Assembly (NCBI GenBank): GCA_963834635.1
Contig: CAWICI010000001.1
Span: 12,485 to 76,484 of the forward strand
Source of the DNA: an uncultured Solirubrobacterales bacterium
Lineage (GTDB): Bacteria > Actinomycetota > Thermoleophilia > Solirubrobacterales > Solirubrobacteraceae
Direction of reading: 5' to 3'
Length of the DNA stretch: 64,000 nucleotides
The position numbers and the translations under genes were made by a program. Under the pieces are notes generated by a model. That model was not told the origin of the DNA, ran no database searches, and saw nothing but the letters and a program-made list of their open reading frames with translations. Shown here piece by piece: positions 21,155 through 31,772 of the stretch (positions are counted from its first letter, which is position 1; the number at the start of each line of letters is the position of its first letter).

Positions 21155-21475
21155 ATGACCCCAATCTTCGACATCGACACTGTCAGGCGGGGAGAAGCAG
21201 TGATCGTTGTGGTGCGCGGCGAGATCGATCTGGCCACGGCGCATCATCTCGACACGGCCCTCGCCGAGGCCGAGGCGACCGACGCAAAGACGGTGGTCAT
21301 CGACCTCGAACGCGTGAGCTTCATGGACGCGACCGGCCTGGGCGTGATCGTCCGGCACGCCTCGTTGGATGAGAACTCGGAGCGCGTTCGCATCACTCCC
21401 GGGCCTCCCCAGGTCCAGAGGCTGTTCGATCTGGCGGGCCTGCGTACGCAGCTGCCGTTCGGCTGCCTGCACTGA
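21155..21475 (+). CDS. STAS anti-anti-sigma factor
   Basis: GEIDLATA, DLERVSFMDATGL. Confidence 0.88.
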   Translation: MTPIFDIDTVRRGEAVIVVVRGEIDLATAHHLDTALAEAEATDAKTVVIDLERVSFMDATGLGVIVRHASLDENSERVRITPGPPQVQRLFDLAGLRTQLPFGCLH

Positions 21476-21493
21476 CGCCCGACGGCGCTGGAG

Positions 21494-24400
21494 CTAGCTG
21501 ACGTTGAACGTCCGGCGCTCGCCGGGAGTGAGCGCCCCGACGCTGTCCCGGTCGGCCAGCTGGGCGAGGCGTTTTGCGTTCTCGCAGATCGCACAGGTGT
21601 CCCAGACGCGGACCACGTCGCTTCGTGTCCTCGACCGCTAGCTCGCGGCTGTCGGGCGAAAAGGCGAGCGCCTGGATCCCGCTGACGAGCGCGTGGTGGC
21701 GCACCAGCCGCAGCGAGCGCGCGTCGTAGACATCGACCGTCCCGTCCTGGCGGCCGATGGCGTAGAAATCGCCGTCGGGCGAGATCGCCAGGACGTTGCC
21801 CTCGGCCTGGGCCCCCGGGACCTCGACCATCTGTCCCGTATGTCAGGTCAACGCGCACGAAGGCGCCGCCGAGCACGGCCACGAGGACGTAACGACCGTC
21901 GGGAGACAGCAGCGCTCCCGACCCGCTCGCGCGGTCGGGCAGCACGATCGTCCTGCGGATCCGCTCGCTACGCAGGTTCCAGACGACGACGTGGATGCAG
22001 CCGTCGACGATGGCCATCTGGCCGCTGTCGGGCGTGAACGAGGGGGTGGCGGCGGCGCAGCCGTCGCTGCTCGGGGCGAGGGCAGGTCTCGCTCGTGGCC
22101 GGTACGCGGATCGATCACGCGAGCGAACATCCGGTCGCCGTCGACATACGCGGCGACGATCTGGCCGTCGGGGGCGACGCCCTGCGCGTCGAGCCGCGGG
22201 ACGGTGACCGTCGCCATGCGCCGCCCGGTGCGGCCGTCGAGCTCGATGATCCGCGGCGTGGCCGAGCTGGGGTCAAGGTAGGTGAGCCAGCGCAGCCCGG
22301 GCGAGGCGGCGAAGCAGGCGGCGCTACAGGTGTTGAAGACGCTCTTCGACCGGGAAAGCCCGGGAACGTGCGGACGACGCGGCCGGTGCTCAGGCTCGAC
22401 GAGCTCGCCCCGCGCGCCGATCAGCGCCAGATCCCGGCCGTCGGGAGTGAAGTCGAGCGCGGGGTCTGGCGGTGCCTCGAGCGCGCAGCCGCTCGCTCCC
22501 CCGGGTGGACCAGGTCCGAAACACGCCGTCCAGCGAGACGGTGACCAGCGAGTTGTCGCCGGGCGGGAAGGCGAGGTCGCCGGCGGCGATGCTGGCGCTG
22601 CTCGAGTCGCGCACGACGAGGCTTCCCGGTGCGCGCGTCAAGCACATCCGCCGCGCCGGTGCTGTAGCCGACGGCGAGGAGGCGGCCGTCCGGGCGAGGC
22701 CTGCACCGGGCTGGCGGTCGCGCCCAGGGGTCCGCGGCGCGGCCCACGCATCGGTGGGTAGCGCGCGTCGACCGCCCAGGTGGTCGCGACCTGGCTGTTG
22801 TTGTTGGCGTTGATCTCGGCGCCGGTGATGAACCAGGTGCGTTGAGTCGGCGAGACGCGGAGGAAGTTGACCGCGGCGAGCGTGCGGTTTCGCGCCAGCG
22901 ACACCGTCTGGCGGGTGCCGTTGGCGGCGTCAAGGACGGTGAGACCGGCGAAGAGGTTGCCGTGACCCGCGCGTCTGCCCGGTCGACGCGACAAGCAGCC
23001 GGTCGCGGGCGAGGCCCACATCATCCCGTTGACGACGTTCACGCTCGGATCGCCGCGCGCGATCACGCGGAGGCTGCCGGTATGCAGGTCGACGATCGCC
23101 ACTCGGTACTTGTCGGCGATCGCCAGCGAGCGTCCCGGCGGGCCGGCGAGTTGCTCGATCGGGAACGGTGCGGTGAACATGTGGTGCACGCGGCCGGTGG
23201 CTACGTCGACCGAGACGAGGTCGCGGCCGCTGGCCACGATCAGCGCGCGGCGCGAGCGGCTCGAGGACCATGTCGGTCGAGCGCTGCCAACCCGGACGCG
23301 CCTGACGATCCGCTTGCGGCGCAGATCGGCGAACACCACGTAGCCGTCGCAGGTGTTGTCGGCGGCGAGCCGGCCCGCCGTCGAACAGGAATAGGAAGTT
23401 CGCCTCCTGGCAGCCCTGCACGCCGAACGGACGGGAGCTGCGACGCGCAGCGTGTTGGCATCCAGCGCCTCGGAGGCGGCGAGCTCGGCCTGCCGGCGTC
23501 GGCGTCGCCTGCAGGGCCGCCCGGGCCAGTAGCAGCGCCCGCTGCGGGTCGCGCGAGATCTGGCTCTCGGCCTCGGTAGCCAGGGCCTGCGATCGCGCCG
23601 AGGCATCTGCGCCGCACGGCGTCGTGCCGGCTCACCAGCGCGAAGACAGCAGCCCGAGCGCGGCCAGCAACAGGGCCGCGGCGACGCCCAGCGCGCGGCG
23701 CAGGCGCCGGTTGACCTCGAGCTGTTCGCGCTGCGTCCGGGCCGATTCGCTCAGGCTGGCGTTGAGGAAGTCCCGCTCGGTCCGGTTGAGCAGCGCCGGT
23801 TGGCACCGCGCCCACTCGACCGCGGCGTCAAGGCGCGTGCCCCGGTAGAGGTCGGCCGGCTCGCGGCCGGCGGCGTCCCAGAGCCGGGCGGCGTCGCCGA
23901 GCCGGCGGTGCAGGCGGATGCCCTCGCGGTCCTCCTCGAGCCAGCGCCGGAGCGTCGGCCAGCGGCGGATCAGCACCTCGTGGGCGACCTCGGCCGTGCC
24001 CTCGTCGAGGGTCACCAGGCGGGCCTCGGCGAGGCGCTCGAGCAGTGTCCGGACCGCCTCCGCCGAGGTTCCCTCGGGCACCAGCTCCTCGATCCGCTAC
24101 CCGCCGGCGGGTGTCCTCGACGCTCATCTCCGATCTCGGTCAGGCGCAGGAACACGCTTCGCAGCAGGGGCCGGTCACGCTCCGGGAGTCCCGTCCGCCA
24201 CCGCATCGGCGGTCTGGGCCACCGCGGAGCTGACGCCGCCGCTCTGGTGGTAGGCGTCGACAGTCAGTGTCCGGCCGTTGCGACGCTCCCACGTCTCCCG
24301 CAGCGCGTGGGACATCAGCGGCAGCGCGCCCGGACTCGCCGCCGACGTCGCGCAGGACCAAGTCGATCAGGCCTGGCTCCAGCCGCAAGCCGGCCAGCCG

Positions 24401-26250
24401 GGCGGGCTCGGCGATCGCGCGCCGGAGCTCGTCGTCGCGCATCGGCCCCAGCAGCACCTGGTTACGCGCCACGGCGCCGCCAGCTCCGGGTCGGCGCTCA
24501 ACTCGCCGTAGAAGTCAGCCCTCATGCCGATCGCCACCGGCCCGCGGCGGGCCAGGAGCGCGGCGATGAACCGCTCCCGTCGCTCGGCATCGTGACATTG
24601 GGTGTAGAGCTCCTCGAACTGGTCGACGACCAAGCAGCTCGTCGCTCGTCGTCGGGGAGGCTCGACGGTGGCTCCGGCCCGGGCGTGATGCAGCCGCGCG
24701 GAGTCGAGGTCTGGGAGTTCGCCGGCCTCGACGGCGGCCACCAGGCCCGGCACGGAGCAACGAAGACTTGCCGCTTCCGGACGCGCCGACCACGGCGAGC
24801 AGCCCGCCCGGCGTGATGCGCGCCAGCACGTTCCGGATCACTTCCTCGCGCCCGAAGAACAGGTGACGGTCGGCTGGCCTCGAACGCCAGCAGGCCCCGG
24901 TAGGGGCACGCGGCTGCTCGCGGGTGGAGTCGCCAGACCGGGGCCGACCAGGGCCTTGATCGCCTCAGGCTGCTGGATCCCCTTCAGCCGGTGGCGCCCG
25001 AGATCGACGATCTCGTATCCGCTCGGTAGCTCCGCGCTGGTGAGCGAGGCCGTGGTCTCGGAGAGCAAGATCTCGCCCCCGCCTCCGGCGCCGCGGACCC
25101 GAGCCGCGAGGTTGGGAGTGGTGCCCAGATAGACGCCGCCGCGCCAGTGGGCCTCGCCGGTGTGGAGCCCGAAGCGCGCCCGGATGGGAGCACGTGTCGG
25201 CCACGGTTCCTCGGCCAGCGCCCGGGCCGCATCGATTGCCGCCGCCACCGCGGGGGCGGCGGACTCGAAGACGGAGGTGGTCGAGTCGCCTTCGCCCATG
25301 GACTTGATGAACCGCCCGCCGTGCTTCTCCACAATCGCTGCGATCAGCTCGTCGTGGCGAACCAGCGCTTCGGCCATCACGCCAGGATCGCGTTCCCACA
25401 GCCCGGTCGAGTCCTCGATGTCGGACATGCAGAACGTCATCACGCCGGTCGGCAGGGTCGAGGCCCAGCCGGCCCGCATCCGCTCGACCAGCTCCCCCGC
25501 GGTCGTGGGGCGGCGTCCGGGATCGGGCTCGAGCCCCGCCTGGATCGCCTCCTCGAGCCGGCCTGGACCAAGCGGTGGACGGCCGCCCTCGGGGGGCTCG
25601 CCGCTGATCAGAGCGAGCGCCGTGGCGGCTAGCGCGTACACGTCGCTCGCGCGTGACGGCGCCGCCCCCGCGTCGAGCTCGGGGGCGCGGAACCCGCTCG
25701 TGCCCCGGCGGTGATCTCCCATCCCCAGGGTGGAGGAGAACCCGAAATCGACCAGCTTGACGTGGCCGCCGCGAGTCAAGATGAGGTTGGCCGGCTTGAC
25801 GTCGCCATGCACGATCGGCGGGTCCTGGGTGTGGAGGAAGGTGAGTGCCTCGGCCGTCTCGGCCAGGTAGGCGAGCACGCTCGAAACGGCCAGCCCGGGC
25901 GTGCCACGGTCTCTGAGCAGGCGGTCAAGATCGGTGCCGTCGACCCAGTCCATGACCACCACGTACTGGTCGTCTTGGAAGAAGTCGTCGCGGACGACGG
26001 GAAGCGAGCGGTGGGTCACGCCCAGGAGGACGCGCGCCTCTCGGAGCAGCTCATCCCGATCCTGCTCGCTCCCCACCGGCCTGATCTTTAGCGCGACCAC
26101 TCGCGAGTGCTGGCGGTCGAGTGCCTTGACCACTCTGGCCTCACCGCCGGAGCCGAGCGTCTCGAGCAGCTCGTAGCGGCCCCGGAGCAGGCTGACGCCG
26201 GTGTCGACCGCGTCAGACACCGCCGTACCGATGCCTTGTTGGTTTACGGA
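21494..26250 (-). CDS. Ser/Thr kinase + class III cyclase-like + nSTAND1-type NTPase + TM + WD40 protein; many frameshifts downstream of about 24880
   Basis: HGDVKPAN/DFG; MSDIEDST, GDS, GLHTGE, NLAARV; GASGSGKSSLLRAG, VVDQFEEL; EVAHEVLIRRWPTL..W; LAFSPD repeats; ends ERRTFNVS*. Confidence 0.82.
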
Positions 26251-26416
26251 TGCGTGGCCCTCCCACCCCGCTGGTCCTCGTCCGCGGGTGACCATCCCGG
26301 CGGTCCCCGTCAGGGCGCATGGTGGCACGAAAAATCGTGTAAGGGGGAAAAGTCGGGTCGCGCGGCTGCGCGAGGTGCGTCCGCTGCTAAGGGCTGTGTG
26401 GCGCTGAGCTGTGCCG

Positions 26417-26983
26417 CTAGGCGCCCGACGCGCCCGACGGGAACGAGACCTCGACGTCGGTCACTCCCGGCGAGCGGTAAGGCGCGAGCAGAAAATCGAC
26501 CACGTTGTGGTCGACCACCGTCGGGTAGGTGCACGTCACGCTTTGCCCGTCGGTGCGAGCGCAACCAACGAGGTGGGCACGCTCGGTTGAGTTGGCGACA
26601 CGCTGGAGGGGGACGCTCAGCGACCTGACAGTGGACTGGAGGTGCGCCGTCTCCGCGTTGAGCGCACCAACGCTTCCCATCACCTGGCTGAGTTCCGGGG
26701 CGACCCGACCGGTTGGTTCGGACACCACGTAGCAGCGGTACCAGTGGCAGCCGGTCTGGAGCCGGTGAAAGTCGCCGGGAACCTTCAGCCGGGAGAGGGA
26801 CGCCATGGCGTGCGGGACCTCGCGGCGCGCGATCGTCTGGGCCGCGGGCTCGGTCTTCGCGGGGTCGGTCTTCGCGGATGTCGCCCGCGTCGAGGGCTGC
26901 GGGGAGCGCGGAATGAACGCGCTCGCCACCACCGCGGCGACCACCAGGCAGAGGGCGATGGCAAACCCACGATAAAGAGGCAC
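26417..26983 (-). CDS. secreted/membrane-anchored Cys-containing hypothetical protein
   Basis: N-terminal hydrophobic segment; ORF track. Confidence 0.5.
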   Translation of the reverse strand: MPLYRGFAIALCLVVAAVVASAFIPRSPQPSTRATSAKTDPAKTEPAAQTIARREVPHAMASLSRLKVPGDFHRLQTGCHWYRCYVVSEPTGRVAPELSQVMGSVGALNAETAHLQSTVRSLSVPLQRVANSTERAHLVGCARTDGQSVTCTYPTVVDHNVVDFLLAPYRSPGVTDVEVSFPSGASGA

Positions 26984-27309
26984 GCGGGTTTATCGGCCGG
27001 GGAACGGTGGGGGATGAGGGCTGCTCTGATGCTTCTATGCGAAACCGGGCGTTATCTGAAGTTGGCCGCTGACGGTCAACGCGCTCGGGGGTGAGCTGGC
27101 CGTTCCGGTTCGCATAACTGGAGCTTCGTTGGTGGATGAGCGCCCGCTCGTGAGATGATCGGGTGACCTCGTGGGTCGGCTTTCTGCCCGCGATGGCGGT
27201 CGCGGGTGCTTGCCTGTCCGGCGACGAGAGAACTCCCAGCAACGCTGGGGGACGAGCCGGACATATGGAGTCGTGAGCAAAGATCGGGGACTACTGGAGG
27301 GCTCGGCGT

Positions 27310-27846
27310 GTGGACGCCGAGGACCGCTTCGAACGTCTCTACGGCGAGCACGGCCGCGCGCTGCTCGCGTATGCGCTGCGGCGCACGAGCGACGCGCAGG
27401 ACGCGGCCGATCTGGTCGCGGATGTGTTTCTGGTTGCTTGGCGCCGCTTGGACGATGTGCCGTCTGGGGAGGGCGGGCGCCTGTGGTTGTACGGCGTTGC
27501 CCGTCACGCGTTGGCGAATCAGCAGCGCTCTGAGCGTCGGCGCGAGCGTCTGGCGGAACGGCTGCACCGGGAGCTGCCGGCCGCGGTACAGAGCATGCCG
27601 GCGCCTGCGCCTGAGACGGGGGCGCTTCGAGCGGCGCTTGGCCGTCTCGGGCCGGAGGATCAGGAGATCCTGCGTCTGACCGGCTGGGAGGAGCTCACGC
27701 CGGGCGAGATCGCCACCGTGCTCGGGATCAGCCCGATCGCGGCTCGCAGCCGACTGCACCGCGCGCGGCGGCGGTTCCGGACCGCTCTGCAGCAATCGCC
27801 GGAGCAGGATGACCCCAGCCCCGCTCGCCTTCAGGAGGCACTATGA
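27310..27846 (+). CDS. ECF sigma factor
   Basis: DAADLVADVFLVAWRR, WLYGVAR, EIATVLG...RSRLHRAR. Confidence 0.92.
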   Translation: MDAEDRFERLYGEHGRALLAYALRRTSDAQDAADLVADVFLVAWRRLDDVPSGEGGRLWLYGVARHALANQQRSERRRERLAERLHRELPAAVQSMPAPAPETGALRAALGRLGPEDQEILRLTGWEELTPGEIATVLGISPIAARSRLHRARRRFRTALQQSPEQDDPSPARLQEAL

Positions 27847-28574
27847 CCCGCATCGACATCGACGCGGCATTCGCTGCCGCCAACCCATTCACCGACGCGA
27901 ACGCCGCAGCGCTTCCGCTCCGCGAGGCGGAGGTCGAGTTGGTCGAGCGAATAGTGGGGATGCCCGTGACCCCGCGCCGGCCGCGCGCACGTTCCGGCAT
28001 GCTGAATCGTCGGCGGCTCCGGGTGCTGGTCACCGTCACCGCCGCCGTGGCCACACTGCTGGCTGTCCTCCCTTCGGGCCATCAAGATGGTGGTCCGGCG
28101 CCCGCGTTCGCCGCGCCGCTCGTGCGCTTCGCGAACGCTTCGCCGCTCGTTCTCCTGCAGCTGCCGGGTTGGCACGTTGTGTACACAGACGAGCAGGCGA
28201 ACGGCTTCGGCGAGATGCACTTCGTCCAGGGCGAGGCGGATGTGAACGGCAACCCTCGCGGCGCCTCGTTCAGCAATCAGGTTTCGCTCGCCGGTCGAGT
28301 CGCGTCGCTCACCTGGGCCCCGCGGAGCCAGGCGGGGCGCGCGGACGTGACAGGTCATCAGTCGCTGGCGACGGGCCTTGGCGTGACCGTCCACCGCCTG
28401 ATCTACGAGGGCGGCTCGCGCCGTGCCTTCGACATCAGCGCACTGTTCAATGACGCTGGCCGCGTGCTCGAGTTCCGGGCGACGGTCACGGACATGGCCA
28501 TGTTTCGTGACGAGCTGCGTGCCCTGCAGACAATGCGCCAGGTGTGTCACTTCGAGCCGAGGAGGTCAGCATGA
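27843..28574 (+). CDS. putative single-TM anti-sigma factor
   Basis: ATGA overlap with the sigma gene; RRR-TM-extracytoplasmic layout. Confidence 0.65.
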   Translation: MTRIDIDAAFAAANPFTDANAAALPLREAEVELVERIVGMPVTPRRPRARSGMLNRRRLRVLVTVTAAVATLLAVLPSGHQDGGPAPAFAAPLVRFANASPLVLLQLPGWHVVYTDEQANGFGEMHFVQGEADVNGNPRGASFSNQVSLAGRVASLTWAPRSQAGRADVTGHQSLATGLGVTVHRLIYEGGSRRAFDISALFNDAGRVLEFRATVTDMAMFRDELRALQTMRQVCHFEPRRSA

Positions 28575-28843
28575 GCCGCAGCATCGCGTCCCGCCGCCGA
28601 GGTCTGCCTGCCCGGGTCAGCGCAGCTCACGCCACCGGAGCCAGCGTGGTGGGAGCCCGGCTGCTCGGACCGACGGCAATGGCCCCCGTCGCAATTGCGG
28701 CCTGTGCGGTTGGCGCGCTGGCCATCGGTCGCCTGGCGATCGCCGAGGCGGTCATCCGCAAGCTGAGTGCCGGCGAGGTCGAGATCAAATCGCTGAAGGT
28801 TCAGGAGCTCGAGGTAGGTGGCCGGCGGTGGCCGGGGGCATGA
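28571..28843 (+). CDS. small hypothetical protein
   Basis: GGAGG RBS, ATGA overlap; AVGALAIGRLAI...LKVQELEV. Confidence 0.6.
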   Translation: MSRSIASRRRGLPARVSAAHATGASVVGARLLGPTAMAPVAIAACAVGALAIGRLAIAEAVIRKLSAGEVEIKSLKVQELEVGGRRWPGA

Positions 28844-28878
28844 AGCACCCGTGGGCGGCGGCCGCGCGTCCTGAGCGG

Positions 28879-29394
28879 TCAGGCGTTGGCAGCTACGCGG
28901 AGGCTGTCGAGCGTCGTCGCCACCCGCTCGCGTAGCGCTGGGCCGGCCGCGGGTCCGAGGTAGACCTCCACCTGGAAGAACCGCCCGGCGTACTTGAAGG
29001 CGAAGGTGTCGCTGGATCCGTCGCAGGTCTGGCGCACCGCCCCGGCCGATATACGGAAGTGGGCGGGACGGCGCGGCTCACGGGCGACCTCATTGGGGTT
29101 CAGGTATTCCCAGACGAAGATGAACGCGCCGGCGCGGGGGAAATCGACCACGTTGGGGAAGCCGCATTCGCAGGTGTGACGCGAGAGCCGGGCCGGGAAT
29201 GAGCCCATCGCCAGCCGGGGCGCCGGGTCGACGACGTCGCTGAGCCACCCGTGCAGGACGTGCCAGCCAGCCGGCACGGTGACGCTGATCCCCGCCGGGA
29301 AGCTCACGCGGGCGGCGCGATCGCCACCGGCCGTCCCGGCCGCCGCCAGGGCGACAATCGCGATCACGGCCAGCGCCACCAGAATCTTGCGCAC
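28879..29394 (-). CDS. secreted hypothetical protein
   Basis: Signal peptide MRKILVALAVIAIVALAAA; CECG. Confidence 0.65.
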   Translation of the reverse strand: MRKILVALAVIAIVALAAAGTAGGDRAARVSFPAGISVTVPAGWHVLHGWLSDVVDPAPRLAMGSFPARLSRHTCECGFPNVVDFPRAGAFIFVWEYLNPNEVAREPRRPAHFRISAGAVRQTCDGSSDTFAFKYAGRFFQVEVYLGPAAGPALRERVATTLDSLRVAANA

Positions 29395-29438
29395 GATGTC
29401 TATACGTGCGCGAGGGGTCTGGGGGTCCGTGTCGTCGC

Positions 29439-29837
29439 CTACACCGCCGGCGGCAGCACCTCCGCGCCCTCATCGGGCGGGGATCCGTAGGCGTAGACAA
29501 CCAGGTCTTCGTCGCCCTCGTTGACTGTCTGCAGCGGCGTCCCCGCATGCACGTGGACGAGCCCGCCGGCCGGAACGGCGTGTCGCTGCGGCGGCTCCCC
29601 GAGGTACATCGTGAGGCGCCCCGCGAGCACCACGAACGTCTCCTCCTGTTCGGCGTGCACGTGACGACGGCCGCGTGCGCCTGGCTCGTAACGCCACACG
29701 TTCGCACGCGTGTTCTCGAACCCGACCAGATCCTGCAACTCGGCGACGTGCCGGGCCGGCTCACCCGGCTCGTGCGGCCGGGTTGTCCACTTGAGCTGAT
29801 CGGGGACGACCGTCGAAAACGCCACGGCGAGGACCAT
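29439..29837 (-). CDS. cupin domain protein
   Basis: HVHAEQEETFVVLAG...GGLVHVHAGTP. Confidence 0.85.
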   Translation of the reverse strand: MVLAVAFSTVVPDQLKWTTRPHEPGEPARHVAELQDLVGFENTRANVWRYEPGARGRRHVHAEQEETFVVLAGRLTMYLGEPPQRHAVPAGGLVHVHAGTPLQTVNEGDEDLVVYAYGSPPDEGAEVLPPAV

Positions 29838-29920
29838 AGTGATGGAGGTCGAATTTTCGCCGTCCACGCCCGCGCTGGCGTTAGACTCGCGCCACTACCC
29901 GCCAACAAGGAGTAGAGACC

Positions 29921-30400
29921 GTGGACGTAGCCGAGTTGGCCGAGCTGTACCGCCGGGCGCAGGAAGTGCGTGACGAGGCGGTACGCAAGAACCTCCTCCA
30001 GTCGTTGGCGCAGATCGCGGGCACAGCGGATGCGCTGGAGAAGGCCAGGACGGATCCGGCCTTCGGCAAGGGCGACCCCGAGGCCTCCACGACGCACCTG
30101 GTCGAGCTCGCGGCGGCGCAAATGGACGCGGCCCGCATGGCCTCCGCCGAGGTCGTCGAGCGGGGCGACGCCGGCTCCGAGCATCTGGAGCTCGTGGCCG
30201 CCGAGGCCCAGGCCGCCGAGGCGATCGCGGCAGAAGCGCTCTCGGCCGAGACGATGTCGGCCGAGACCACGGAGGGGATCTTCACTGGCGAGCCGCTCGC
30301 CCTCGAGGCGGCGGTGCTCGAGGGCACGACCGCCGAGGGGACGGATGCGATCAGCTCATCGCTCCGCACGTTCGTCGCCGAGCACGCGAAGGACCGCTAG
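29921..30400 (+). CDS. acidic Ala/Glu-rich protein with xAAEA/xSAET pentad repeats (candidate precursor or scaffold)
   Basis: AAGGAG RBS before GTG; first gene of a four-gene operon. Confidence 0.8.
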   Translation: MDVAELAELYRRAQEVRDEAVRKNLLQSLAQIAGTADALEKARTDPAFGKGDPEASTTHLVELAAAQMDAARMASAEVVERGDAGSEHLELVAAEAQAAEAIAAEALSAETMSAETTEGIFTGEPLALEAAVLEGTTAEGTDAISSSLRTFVAEHAKDR

Positions 30401-30422
30401 CACCGCGCCGGACAGTCGCTCC

Positions 30423-31772
30423 ATGGCCGGCGTACCCGAGGCACGAGCTGCTGCCGACGCGCCGACCCGCTTGCGGGCGAAGCTCCTGCGGGAGACGGTC
30501 GCCTGGTGCAGGGCCCATTCCCCCTTCTACCGGGAGCGTTTCCCGCCCGCCGAGGAGATCCAGGGACTCGAGGACCTGACCCGTCTGCCCGTCCTTTTCC
30601 GCGAGGACGTAGTCGCGAACTACGAGGCACTGGTCTGCGACGCGACGCTGCCGGCCGCCGTGCTGCACACGACGGGGACCACCGGAGCCTTCCTCGAGGT
30701 GATGCGCGGCCGCGCCGAGCAGGCGTTCGTCTGGGACTTCTTCGCGGCGCAGCAGGCGGTGGCCGGCGACCCCGGCGTCCGGCCGCTGCACCTCAACCTG
30801 GTCAACGCCTATCACGGCTCGCTGACGCCGATGCCGACCCCGGCCTACGTCCTCTCCGCCAGCGTCCACGACGAGGCCCAGGCCTCGCAGGCCCGCGGGA
30901 TCCTCGAGCGGACCTACGCGCTGCCGGACGTCGAGCCCCGGGTGTCGGCGCTGATGGGGACCGAACGGATGGTCAAGGCGCTGACCGCCTACCTCATCGC
31001 CGACGGGTTCGATCTCGCCGGGAGCAGCGTGCGCACGGTCGCGCTGTTCGGTGGTCACGTTTCCGCAGCCCGCAAACGGCTCCTGGAGGAGCTATGGGGC
31101 GCCCGAGTCACCGATCAATACAGCCTGACCGAGATCTTCGGCGGCGCCCGCGAGGCGGGCATCGGCGGCCCGTGGGTGTTCGACCCGCACGTGATCCCGG
31201 AGGTCGTCCACCCGCGCACCCTGAAGCCGGTCAAGCGCGGGATCGGCGTGCTGGTGCTGAGCGGCCTGTACCCGTTCGTGCAGCAGATGCCGCTCGTCCG
31301 CTATTTCACCGGTGACCTCGTCGAGCTCGATGGCCCGTCGGCCGCGGGCCCGCAGGTCCGCTACGCCGGGCGCCTGTCGCGCTCCGTGATCGACGCCTCC
31401 GGGGCCGAAGTCGTGCCCCTGCTTCTCTCCGGCCCCCTCTACGAGGCGCTCGAGGAGCTGCCGGACGTCGCCGTCACCCCCCGCTTCGGCGACCTGCCGG
31501 CTAGCTCAGGGCTCGAGCTGACCGGCGACCTGCACTACGCCGTCGAGAGCGCTTTCGTCGGGCCGGACGGGGACGTGGAGATCACGATCCGGCTGGGGCT
31601 CCGCTATGCGCCCTGGATGTTCCCGGGGCGGCTTGCCGAGCTCCGCGAGCGGCTCGCGACGCGGCTTCGGGCCGCGCACCCGGAACTCGATCGACGCTGC
31701 GCCGACGGCTCGGCTCGCCTGCGGATCTCGTTCCACGAAGCGGACGAGATCGCCCCGTACGACTCCAAATGA
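30423..31772 (+). CDS. PaaK/phenylacetate-CoA ligase-like adenylate-forming enzyme
   Basis: SPFYRERF..LEDLTRLP, HTTGTTG, QYSLTE, PLVRYFTGDL, YAGR. Confidence 0.8.
   Translation: MAGVPEARAAADAPTRLRAKLLRETVAWCRAHSPFYRERFPPAEEIQGLEDLTRLPVLFREDVVANYEALVCDATLPAAVLHTTGTTGAFLEVMRGRAEQAFVWDFFAAQQAVAGDPGVRPLHLNLVNAYHGSLTPMPTPAYVLSASVHDEAQASQARGILERTYALPDVEPRVSALMGTERMVKALTAYLIADGFDLAGSSVRTVALFGGHVSAARKRLLEELWGARVTDQYSLTEIFGGAREAGIGGPWVFDPHVIPEVVHPRTLKPVKRGIGVLVLSGLYPFVQQMPLVRYFTGDLVELDGPSAAGPQVRYAGRLSRSVIDASGAEVVPLLLSGPLYEALEELPDVAVTPRFGDLPASSGLELTGDLHYAVESAFVGPDGDVEITIRLGLRYAPWMFPGRLAELRERLATRLRAAHPELDRRCADGSARLRISFHEADEIAPYDSK

Noticed and set aside
21494-24900. Programmed frameshifting or true pseudogenisation
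   Set aside because: Dense indels with well-preserved motifs fit long-read error. The same applies to the single shifts in cyt b, the depolymerase, phaE/R, the kinase and the flavoprotein.
29921-30400. Acyl/peptidyl carrier protein for the ligase
   Set aside because: No GxDS phosphopantetheinylation motif and too long for a carrier protein.
29970-30422. N-terminal extension making the ligase 600 aa
   Set aside because: It is an Arg/Pro/Ser-rich shadow frame of the 29921 gene; ligase homology begins after the ATG at 30423.
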